NCBI GenBank assembly: GCA_031973355.1
Contig: DALYDF010000001.1
Span: forward strand, 20,341 to 68,852
Direction of reading: 5' to 3'
Origin: Candidatus Magasanikiibacteriota bacterium
Lineage (GTDB): Bacteria; Patescibacteriota; Patescibacteriia; Magasanikbacterales; UBA922
Length of the DNA: 48,512 nucleotides
The position numbers were made by a program, and so were the translations under genes. The number at the start of each line of letters is the position of its first letter. Position 1 is the stretch's first letter. The notes under the pieces were generated by a model. The model was given only the letters and a program-made list of their open reading frames with translations. It was not told the origin of the DNA and searched no databases. Below are positions 1 through 9,141 of this stretch, piece by piece.

Positions 1-3000
1 CCAAGAAATCTTTTTTACCATTACCACAATAACCGGCTTCAGCCAAACCCGTACAGCCGGTCGAGTTTTCAGTTGGAGCATTACAGTGTCCATAAGTACC
101 ATTGAGGGCACCGTCATCGCAGGCCTCAGCCCCCTCAACGATACCATTTCCACATTGACCGACTGTCCCACAAGAACCATAACTCCAATTACATTGCGCA
201 GTACAGGTACGCGTCGCCTTTTGACCTGACATACATTGTACATCACCTACTGGTATAGCTTTACACGAATCAGGCCCTCTCACTTCTTTGGTTAACCGTG
301 TGTCAATTAAACATTTAACATTTTTCTTTTGATCAGCGGTAAGTTCATTGATAATTTTTTTAAAATCTTTCAGATCAATAAAATCATTATTATCCAAATC
401 CCAGTTTATGGTTGATTTTGATTCTGAATAATCTAACATGCTAATACGTACCGCAGTTGACCACTGTTCGTAGGTTTTAGGATCTAGACAATCAGCGTCG
501 TTTTGACAACTAAACACCGCAAATTCTTTATTTGAGGGTTGTCCCACCAACACACTAGGAATAGCAACGGACGAGGCACTTACATTACCACAAAACCTAC
601 CAGCAGTTAAACTGTGTAAGCGAAGATTTGGTTCATTTTTCACTTCAGTCAGTGGTTTATCATTATAGTACCCACACCGTGTGGCATCACTGTTACAATC
701 ACGAGGTGTTAACCAATTTGCACACTGTCTTTTTACTACGGTAGAGACCGAATAACCCACCTGTTCAACTGCTCCTGGCGGCTCACAGGCTTCACCATTA
801 TTAATAATTCCGTCACCACACTGACTTTTAAATGGATTATAGGCTACCCCCACACACCATCGCTCTGAACTGAACCGCTCTAAATTAATTTGTTTTTTAA
901 CAATATCATCTTGAGTAGTAAAATATTCAAACGGCGCGTGGAACTTATACGATTGTGTGGATGAAACAAATTCGTACTCGTATACACTGGCAAATCGTGG
1001 GCAATAATACGTAGTACTACTGGCACTCCAACAGGTTTCTTTATCTTCCGCATCACAACTAGTCCAGCGATTAAGCGGATCATTAGCTAAACCAGCCCCA
1101 ACCATAGTTTGTAAAGCCCCCCACGACTGCGCCCACCGCGATACCGTATATCCAGGCGCAAATGAGCCACTGGCCAATGAACCTTTGAAGTCAAAATTAT
1201 TTTTATTTTGGGCAAAATACCCATCAAGTAAATCTTGCGCTGTACTGACATCACTAACCCGTTTCCAATCACGTTGGAATTTAGTACGGGCATTTGAGCA
1301 GGTTCCGTTTGTACCTGGCAATTCTATACCATCGGCCGTACGACAATCAAAATCAGTTTGACAGCTTGATACGGTTACGGTTGATAAATAATTTGGGTTG
1401 GTTCTAATATTTCCAGCTGGAGTAACGCCATTACCACTAGCCAAACAATACCCATGGTCAGTGACATTAGTATTAAATTCCAAGGCCGCTAATATTTTTT
1501 CAAATACCTGGCGAGTTTCCGCCGCTGCGTTTGGATTAATACTAAACAAATAAACATTATTATATACAATATCATCATCAAAAGTAGCGGTTTCTCCACC
1601 GGTTACATTTAAGGCTTGAACATAGTAATTATTTCCATCAGTTAAAGCAGGGTACCCACCCACACTCGCTAATTTCATACTTCCTAATGAACCAAATTTT
1701 TTCGTATACCATTCTTGTAGTACACCTGAACTTTCAAAAATCTGCACCCCAATTACATCATCATTTTTGGGATTAAAGAACACACCTTTCTTGAGTAAGT
1801 CATTTGCTCCGGCAATACTATTTAACGAAGACAAGCTACCTTTTAAAACTGGCAAATCATCGGTCTTATCCCCTGGTTTTCCAGCATCAGCACAATAGCC
1901 GGTAGAAAAATTAAATTGATTATCTTTATATGGATATTGGGCGGCTTCTGGCCACGGATTATCACAATAAAAAGCGGTTAAATCAAATGTATCACTAAAG
2001 ACTAAATCTTTTTGGTTTTTTTCTAGACTACTATCTTCAATTACTTTGGCCTGAGCAATAGCCGTAATTTTTCCTGGTGCATTTTTGGAAATTACTTTCA
2101 AACGTTCAGCGGGATCGGTGGTCGCACCAGTAGTTTGTGGTTCAAAGGTAAAGACTGGGTTATTTGCGGGTACCCACGACCATGTCCACCGATATCCAAT
2201 CGTTGGCACAATATATTGATTCTTTTTAGTGGCAGCCACAGCTTGAAAAATGGTTGAGGTAGCTGGGGCTTGGAACAAATAACTATCCGGACTCACTTTA
2301 ACTGAATCAATTTTACAAATATCAGGTGCAGTTTTGAAAAACCAAACATCATTGCGATTAGCAGTATCAAACGCTTTGAGTGGTACACCACGAGTACTGA
2401 CAATTCCTCCCAATTGGGCAATGCCGTAAGTATCAGTAAATGGATAGGTGTTTGGAATAACAAATTTATTAAGAATTGCATTATCACCAATTAACATTAC
2501 TCCATACACAGCGGTCGGTTCCAATGGTTCACTAATACTAATTGAAGCAATTGTTTTTTTATTATTTTGCTGTGTGATAACCCGCGTTTTAACATCAGTA
2601 GCGATTGGTACCGTACACCAGGTTTTAAGCGCCGTAAATTCAGAACTATTTTTAACACTCGTGGCAATGGTTTCCGTGCCGAATAAATTACGCACCCACA
2701 TCAGTATTGATTGCCATAAACGAGCCCAGAAACCAGGTTTTTGTTGCAGAGCAAACGCTGAGACACTTTCATTTACCAACGGGGTAACGTTGTAACCGTT
2801 AACGGTTTTACAATCAAAATTTGCTTGACCAAAACCGCGTACAAAAAATACATTACCTTTGACTGAATCAGACCGAACCTCTTGGTTAAAGGTAACCTCT
2901 ACAAAAGTATTTCGACAGACTCCTTCGGTTTGACCAAAACCTGCCCCATCTTCAGGATACGCAGTTTCACGTTTTGGACGAGCTAAACAGCAAGATTGAG

Positions 3001-6000
3001 CATCAACTCCCAAGGTATTATCATTATTATTAGGACAATCATTATAGACTGGCACATCTTGCCATTTACTAAAACCAGTTCCTGGCATTGGAATATATTT
3101 TTTCTCGGTGTAAAATTCATTCAATTCACTATATCCACATTGTAAACGATAATCCGCTGTGCTGCTCACTACTTTATTTTCAGTGGTTACTGAAGCTTTG
3201 ATTGTAGTTTGTTGATAATCAGTATTGGCTACTAGAGCTCCCTCACCTACTGCTTCCACAATTTGGGTTGGACCAGAATTAGCACCCGTGGCTACTGGTA
3301 ATTCACAAGCCGGATTTTCCCCAGTCCCCTGTGTACCATCGCCACACACCGATGGTGCTGAATAGGAAGTTTTAGAACCCAATAACGTACATTTTGCGCT
3401 ACACCCTGCGGTACCTGCCTGACAGGGTTTTATATTATCCGGTAAACCACAAGCATTGATGAATAAACACTTATCACTACACTGGCTAGCCGCAACACCA
3501 CCAACCCCAACTTCACAATCTTCGTTGGCTTCCAATTCACCATTACCACACACACTAACGCTGTTCAAACAGCTGAGCGTTGTACCAAATTGCGCTTTAT
3601 TTTTTTGACACCAATAACTAGCCGTTGGTGAACCAGTCAATAAACATTGTTCTGTACAGCCAGCTTTAGTAGCCGGATCCTCACGATCACAACTTTCTCG
3701 ATCAGGCGTAACAATTCCATCACCACAAGTACCAACTGCTCCAGTACCCCCTTGTTTTGAACCGCGGAACAAACAAGTACTGGTACAATATGGGTTATCA
3801 GTTTTAACCGCATTATTTTGATTTCCCGGGTCACATTGTTCACCAGCTTTTGCTTCTACCTGTCCATTACCACACACATTTGCTCCGGCATTAGTAGCGC
3901 TAAAGGCTTTACTATTACCCGGACGCAGACACGACAAAGTACAGGTTCCTGACACACCATCAACACTAATCACTTCATCAGTCATTTTAATATCACAATC
4001 TTCACCGAGATCTTTTACTCCGTTTCCACACAATGGGCCAGCAGCTGACACTGAACCGGCCGCAAAAGTACTTCCCTTTTTTACACACGCATTCGTACAA
4101 TAATTAGGAATATTTGAATACGCGGCTGATTTTAAATTAGTGATTTTGGCGACACTACTATTAGCCACGCTCCAGGTGTAGGAATATCCCCATTTATTTA
4201 ACGCTTGACCAATTTTACTACACACATTTGGCGCACTATAGGGCACAACGGTAAACTTGTGTTGTTCACCAATTTCTTTAGCTAAGGCACTAATTGGCAC
4301 CACGCTCAATGAACTAACACTACATGGTTTACCATCATTTTTTGTTTTAAAAATCCATTCAAATGGTTGGAGGGATTTACCACGTACCACTGGATTTTGG
4401 CGCAACAAGGCTTTAATTGGTTCACCTGTACCAGGACCATTTAGTGACACCTTATAAAAAGTATTTGGCTCTAAATTTTTCGCACTTTCAGTAATTTGCA
4501 CGCGCATTGAAAGTAAATTTGAACCCACTTCGTCGATCGCAAATTTAGAAGTAACATCAATAGGATTTTCACAAAATTGGGAATCACATAAAAATACTTT
4601 TAATCCAGCCGCATACGTGCTTGGATCCATTTGACGATTAAAATCAGCGCGGATACTAGCGTTCACACAGGATTCCGCACAATTTGGTTCATAATAAGTA
4701 ACTACCGGATCAGCTAACTCCACATACAAGGTACTGGTTGGCGCAAACTTAACTGTACCTTGAAATTTTTCACCTTGAACCTTAAATTCTGGCAAGTCAT
4801 TACGGTAAATAAATTCATAAAACGTTGGACCGTTACTGTTGGCTGGCTGTGTTTCAAATACCAAAGAAGCTGGTGTATTTGGATTGGGAATAAGAATATT
4901 GTTTGCTGAAACTTCAGAAACCGGAGTAGTTAAGTTTACCCAAGTTAACTTACTGGTATTTTTATCCCAATATAAAGCGACATCGTATATTCCTTCATTG
5001 GTAGCTACTGGATAAAAACACACTTGTTTTCCCAGACTACCACTTGGTGGCACAAATGTTTTGAAACACATTTGACCACTGGTAAAAGTAATTCGATACC
5101 CGCCCTTAGTATTATTATTAGGTACCAAATTTGACACTAAGGTGTTATATGGGAACGGATCAGATTGAGCAAATTTAAGTCGTAAAGTAAATGAAGATTG
5201 CAATGAAAGTGGTGTAGTTAGTGAACTAGGTAATTCAATTCTCTGTTTTGGTGTATAACCGTTACTTGGCACAGTAATCCCGGCAACACTAAATACATTT
5301 AAACCAGTAATTTCAGCATAACTTGATATGGCATTATTAATAGTCGCTTCAGCTTTAATTGTTACCGACGGATTAGTTTGCGAACGCGCCGCCACCACTG
5401 CCCGACTATTTAAATATGGCAAACTACTGCTAGAGGCTTGTTTAGTAATTTTATGGGCAGTAGCAAATTCACTACCTGCTCCGGTTAACGTTGGTGACCA
5501 GGCCCAGGGATATTTATCAGCGTTAATTACTGAACATTCTTGATTACCCTTACCCCACAAATAGTAGAACACCGGTCGATCAGGTAATAATTCTGGTGGA
5601 TTTTGAGTTGGTAAAAATAAATCAGTGGAATCAAACGGAAAACTTGGATCTTGGATAATACCCACTTGACGCGCTGTATATTCCGGCGGGTTAATTCCAG
5701 CATCTACTAAAGTACATTGAGTACTGTCAGTTCTAAATGAAAAACAATATGCCGTACCAGTGCCACATGGTCGAGTAGCTAACAATGGCGCCGTCACTTC
5801 AATTTGTTTACCTAAAACATTAGTAAGTTTAATTGACTTAATGGTGGTAGCTAATTCAACCTGGTACCAAGTACTTACGGCTAACGCTGGTGGTTCCTGA
5901 CGAATAATTAATGTTTTACCACTATTTTGATATTCTAAAGTCAAAGATTGCGGTTCTTTTCTTGTCGTACAATCAATTTGACCACTGGCATTGGTAGCAC

Positions 6001-9000
6001 ATGCAAATAATTTTACTGAATTTGCCGTTAATGTTCCTGGTTGAATATCAGTGGTAAACCGAACTGCCACCGTACTGTTAACACACGCACTCGTATTAAC
6101 AAACGGAGTTCCTTTTACACGTGGTGTTGGTGATGGAAATGTGGTGGAATTACATTCTTCTACCACACTTGGTGCATTCGCAATAACACCAGTAGTAAAC
6201 CGCCACAAATAACCAGCCTCACGCGGTTCACCCATACAAGCCAAGCTATTTGGTTTCCACGTACCGGCTTCGGCACCTTTGTCACAACAGTGGTACCCAG
6301 GCAAAGTAGTTTTACTCCCGATACAACTATCAACCGTATAATTAACACTGTTACTTATTAAATCTGGGGTTGGACCAGTCACTTTAATTGGCCCTGAAGA
6401 CATTGAGGTCCCATCGGCCGCTACTGGCAAACGGGTCACTAAGTGATTTTTACTTAATTCAGTAACCAGTGCTCCAGCGGTATTATCATTTCCATAACCA
6501 TTTTTTTTCTCAGCACTGAGCCAGGTACTTAATTGTAATGGATCAGAATTTTTGCGCCAAAAATGCACTTTAGTTTGGGCATAAAAATTTGCCCCATACA
6601 CAATTAAACCGATACTACTATTTGGTAGTGGAGCCGGACCATGATTTGGTGAAATTTTACAAATACTTGGTCGTGGCGAACCAGGCACAATTTCAATAAA
6701 TTCTTGACCACTGGTTTGACTCGTATCAGTCACTACCGCTATATGTAATTTTTTAACCTGCCCCGCAGAAACTGCAAAATATTCATCGCCAGGAATGGCG
6801 GCAATTACCTGATTCGCACTCCACGTATTACCACACTGATTAGGAAAATCAGTGACACTTAATTGTTTACAACTAGAGTCAGGATTCTTACTGCCACAAG
6901 TAGCCGCTGCGCCAGGACCGCTCGCTACATATACAAAACCAGGAAACGAACCGAACCCACTTCCTTTAATCGTAATATAACTACCGACCGTAGTAGACGG
7001 TGGATCAATCGCTGTAATTTGTGGTAAAGATACTTTAACATCTGGATTTAAGACTTGAAATTGCACACCATTACTTATTTCACCACCTACCAAAGCATGC
7101 ACAGCTACATACCCAGCCTTAAAATTAGCTGGCACCCGAACATTAACAGCTAATTCTGTCCAAAATTTTTCTACAATTTCTGCAATTACCCCACCAGTCA
7201 AAGTATTATTCGTGGTATTTTTTGTAGCTCCAAAAGTAATTTTACTATCAGTATTTACCGTTCCCAATCCACTACCTTTAACAGTTACTCCTACTCCTGG
7301 AATAGCCGCGCCTTCACCTTCGCGTAACACGACTTTTTCACCTCCTAACGTTACTTCGGTATCAGCGGTCACCCCCACACTACATAAACCCGGACGTTTT
7401 ATTGTATTTACAGTAAATAAACCATCGCCACCTGGCAAACCACCTAACTCATTAATCGTGGTATCAAATTTATTATTACTGGTGGTTACCTTAATTACTG
7501 CTTTTTTACCCACCGCAATGTCAGGTACGGCCACAATAATCCAAAATTGTCGCCATGATTGTCCATTACCACAATTTACAATGGTCGCTGGAGTCCATTC
7601 ATTATTTTCGTAATCACCATTATTATTGGCATCAATTCCAAAGGCTACGGTACCAGCGGCATTACCAAAACTTTTACCAGTAATCGTAATCCAGTTACCC
7701 ACTGCCCCATCCATTCGATCTACATCAGTAATCACTGGTGCAGGGGCACACACTTTATTAACACACTGAAATCCCGTTGCACAATCACTGTCCACTTCAC
7801 ACTGATCGCCATCGCCACCAGAACAAGAACCACCTGAATCAACTCCAGTCTCATCACCATCTAAAATATTATTATCACAGTGTCCTGACTGGACTTTAAA
7901 AGCGGCACTCACTGTCTGAGTATTACCATCAATATCATTTCCTACCACGGTTACCGTATAATTTTGTCCAACTTCAAATCGATTATCCAATTTGGTGGTG
8001 TAGCTAAAATCAAAAGGTACTGAAGAACCATCCTGTGCTAATGGCGCAGTATATGAAGTAAGTATGGCTGAACTTCCACTTTTAGCCACTGAAATTTTTA
8101 CTAACCCATTTCCCCCGTATTTTTGAAGAGAGCGGTCATTGAGTGTTCCAGCGATCACCAAATTAGTATTCTGAGCAAAGGTTAATCCATTACCACTTTT
8201 ATTATTTAAGGTAATTGGACTAAAGACAGGGGCCGTTGTATCGGTCTGATCCTTTTCAACAATAAATGAAACACTGTTCGTATATTTTTTACCTCCACTT
8301 TTATGTTCAGTTTTTAATTTTTGATTTAATGAATCAACCAAGTCAGCTGACACTGTTACCGTATATGGATCAGAGCTACTAATTCTAAATGGGGAAACTG
8401 AGCCATTATTTAAATAATTAACTTCCAACACTCGATTATTTTCTACCAATGAAACCTTTACGGGTAAAGGACCGGCTCCATCTTTTCTTTGAACACTCAC
8501 GGCTTTGCTCACGTCGCTATCACCTTTGACCGGACGACTTAATAATACCCGGACCGTGATATTATCCATCCCCGTAGTTATGATGTCTTTATCCTGAGAA
8601 TACGAACCAGGCGTAATTGCTTTAACATAAAATTCTCGATCCTGACAAATATCATATTCTGGGTGCGCTGCACAAGTAGCGTCACACGCTTCTTTATTAT
8701 AATTTTCTGGTTCACACGCACCAGGACTGTTATCTGAATCCCCAAGTACACTCGTGTTACCACCGATAATTGCATCACCTAACTGCTTAAAGACAAACAA
8801 TACAATTGCCCAGGCAGACAATATAATTACCAAACCAATCGTCGCATTGATAATATATTTTTTACCTTCAGCAATCTTATCTTCACTGCCACCTGAGGTC
8901 ATGTACAAGAAACCACCGTACAAAATTAAGGCGACCGTAATTAAACCCAAAACACCAAGGGCAATATTAATAAATCGCGCGGCGATTTCACGAATATCAC

Positions 9001-9136
9001 CACTTCCTAAACCAATCGTATTATTTATTGGATTGATCCCAAACGTGTCAGTTTGGGCGAACGCCGCTTGTGCACCAAAAAACACCAACCCAGCCATGAT
9101 GAGGCCAGTTAAAAGTAGTGTGGTGCGTTTAAACAT
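1..9136 (-). CDS. Giant cell-surface protein; N-terminus in window, C-terminus beyond the left edge (>3045 codons). Signal peptide + T4SS-pilin-like (VirB2/TrbC-type) two-helix membrane module, IPT/Ig-like repeats, Cys-rich 'CGxG..E.CD' repeats, dockerin/EF-hand-like loop
   Basis: The ATG is 'cat' at 9134-9136, 5 nt after the stop (9142) of the upstream 751-aa gene. Hand translation of the minus strand from 9136 to 1 met no stop. The ORF track has no minus ORF in this frame: the six short minus ORFs here all end at coordinates = 0 mod 3, and this frame is 1 mod 3. That is expected when the stop lies outside the window. N-terminus: MFKRTTLLLTGLIMAGLVFFGAQAAFAQ...ALILYGGFLYMTSGGSEDKIAEGKKYIINATIGLVIILSAWAIV. 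Repeats include PVITDVDRMDGAVGNWITITGKSFG (IPT-like) and CGNGVKDLGEDCD / CGNGQVEAKAGEQCD / CGDGIVTPDRESCD / CGNGELEANEDCE. Confidence 0.85.
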   Translation of the reverse strand, partial: MFKRTTLLLTGLIMAGLVFFGAQAAFAQTDTFGINPINNTIGLGSGDIREIAARFINIALGVLGLITVALILYGGFLYMTSGGSEDKIAEGKKYIINATIGLVIILSAWAIVLFVFKQLGDAIIGGNTSVLGDSDNSPGACEPENYNKEACDATCAAHPEYDICQDREFYVKAITPGSYSQDKDIITTGMDNITVRVLLSRPVKGDSDVSKAVSVQRKDGAGPLPVKVSLVENNRVLEVNYLNNGSVSPFRISSSDPYTVTVSADLVDSLNQKLKTEHKSGGKKYTNSVSFIVEKDQTDTTAPVFSPITLNNKSGNGLTFAQNTNLVIAGTLNDRSLQKYGGNGLVKISVAKSGSSAILTSYTAPLAQDGSSVPFDFSYTTKLDNRFEVGQNYTVTVVGNDIDGNTQTVSAAFKVQSGHCDNNILDGDETGVDSGGSCSGGDGDQCEVDSDCATGFQCVNKVCAPAPVITDVDRMDGAVGNWITITGKSFGNAAGTVAFGIDANNNGDYENNEWTPATIVNCGNGQSWRQFWIIVAVPDIAVGKKAVIKVTTSNNKFDTTINELGGLPGGDGLFTVNTIKRPGLCSVGVTADTEVTLGGEKVVLREGEGAAIPGVGVTVKGSGLGTVNTDSKITFGATKNTTNNTLTGGVIAEIVEKFWTELAVNVRVPANFKAGYVAVHALVGGEISNGVQFQVLNPDVKVSLPQITAIDPPSTTVGSYITIKGSGFGSFPGFVYVASGPGAAATCGSKNPDSSCKQLSVTDFPNQCGNTWSANQVIAAIPGDEYFAVSAGQVKKLHIAVVTDTSQTSGQEFIEIVPGSPRPSICKISPNHGPAPLPNSSIGLIVYGANFYAQTKVHFWRKNSDPLQLSTWLSAEKKNGYGNDNTAGALVTELSKNHLVTRLPVAADGTSMSSGPIKVTGPTPDLISNSVNYTVDSCIGSKTTLPGYHCCDKGAEAGTWKPNSLACMGEPREAGYLWRFTTGVIANAPSVVEECNSTTFPSPTPRVKGTPFVNTSACVNSTVAVRFTTDIQPGTLTANSVKLFACATNASGQIDCTTRKEPQSLTLEYQNSGKTLIIRQEPPALAVSTWYQVELATTIKSIKLTNVLGKQIEVTAPLLATRPCGTGTAYCFSFRTDSTQCTLVDAGINPPEYTARQVGIIQDPSFPFDSTDLFLPTQNPPELLPDRPVFYYLWGKGNQECSVINADKYPWAWSPTLTGAGSEFATAHKITKQASSSSLPYLNSRAVVAARSQTNPSVTIKAEATINNAISSYAEITGLNVFSVAGITVPSNGYTPKQRIELPSSLTTPLSLQSSFTLRLKFAQSDPFPYNTLVSNLVPNNNTKGGYRITFTSGQMCFKTFVPPSGSLGKQVCFYPVATNEGIYDVALYWDKNTSKLTWVNLTTPVSEVSANNILIPNPNTPASLVFETQPANSNGPTFYEFIYRNDLPEFKVQGEKFQGTVKFAPTSTLYVELADPVVTYYEPNCAESCVNASIRADFNRQMDPSTYAAGLKVFLCDSQFCENPIDVTSKFAIDEVGSNLLSMRVQITESAKNLEPNTFYKVSLNGPGTGEPIKALLRQNPVVRGKSLQPFEWIFKTKNDGKPCSVSSLSVVPISALAKEIGEQHKFTVVPYSAPNVCSKIGQALNKWGYSYTWSVANSSVAKITNLKSAAYSNIPNYCTNACVKKGSTFAAGSVSAAGPLCGNGVKDLGEDCDIKMTDEVISVDGVSGTCTLSCLRPGNSKAFSATNAGANVCGNGQVEAKAGEQCDPGNQNNAVKTDNPYCTSTCLFRGSKQGGTGAVGTCGDGIVTPDRESCDREDPATKAGCTEQCLLTGSPTASYWCQKNKAQFGTTLSCLNSVSVCGNGELEANEDCEVGVGGVAASQCSDKCLFINACGLPDNIKPCQAGTAGCSAKCTLLGSKTSYSAPSVCGDGTQGTGENPACELPVATGANSGPTQIVEAVGEGALVANTDYQQTTIKASVTTENKVVSSTADYRLQCGYSELNEFYTEKKYIPMPGTGFSKWQDVPVYNDCPNNNDNTLGVDAQSCCLARPKRETAYPEDGAGFGQTEGVCRNTFVEVTFNQEVRSDSVKGNVFFVRGFGQANFDCKTVNGYNVTPLVNESVSAFALQQKPGFWARLWQSILMWVRNLFGTETIATSVKNSSEFTALKTWCTVPIATDVKTRVITQQNNKKTIASISISEPLEPTAVYGVMLIGDNAILNKFVIPNTYPFTDTYGIAQLGGIVSTRGVPLKAFDTANRNDVWFFKTAPDICKIDSVKVSPDSYLFQAPATSTIFQAVAATKKNQYIVPTIGYRWTWSWVPANNPVFTFEPQTTGATTDPAERLKVISKNAPGKITAIAQAKVIEDSSLEKNQKDLVFSDTFDLTAFYCDNPWPEAAQYPYKDNQFNFSTGYCADAGKPGDKTDDLPVLKGSLSSLNSIAGANDLLKKGVFFNPKNDDVIGVQIFESSGVLQEWYTKKFGSLGSMKLASVGGYPALTDGNNYYVQALNVTGGETATFDDDIVYNNVYLFSINPNAAAETRQVFEKILAALEFNTNVTDHGYCLASGNGVTPAGNIRTNPNYLSTVTVSSCQTDFDCRTADGIELPGTNGTCSNARTKFQRDWKRVSDVSTAQDLLDGYFAQNKNNFDFKGSLASGSFAPGYTVSRWAQSWGALQTMVGAGLANDPLNRWTSCDAEDKETCWSASSTTYYCPRFASVYEYEFVSSTQSYKFHAPFEYFTTQDDIVKKQINLERFSSERWCVGVAYNPFKSQCGDGIINNGEACEPPGAVEQVGYSVSTVVKRQCANWLTPRDCNSDATRCGYYNDKPLTEVKNEPNLRLHSLTAGRFCGNVSASSVAIPSVLVGQPSNKEFAVFSCQNDADCLDPKTYEQWSTAVRISMLDYSESKSTINWDLDNNDFIDLKDFKKIINELTADQKKNVKCLIDTRLTKEVRGPDSCKAIPVGDVQCMSGQKATRTCTAQCNWSYGSCGTVGQCGNGIVEGAEACDDGALNGTYGHCNAPTENSTGCTGLAEAGYCGNGKKDFL

Positions 9137-9141
9137 AAATA

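Noticed and set aside
7212-7837. Plus-strand ORFs of 133 aa and 92 aa inside the giant gene.
   Set aside because: They are antisense to a continuous, well-structured coding frame (IPT-like repeats), have Pro/Thr/Ser-rich nonsense composition and have no SD.
1-9140. The absence of long ORFs in the supplied track suggested non-coding DNA, a decayed pseudogene or an alternative genetic code (for example UGA recoding).
   Set aside because: The minus-strand frame starting at 9136 is open with the standard code all the way to position 1. The track simply omits ORFs without an in-window stop. All other genes in the window read normally with the standard code.
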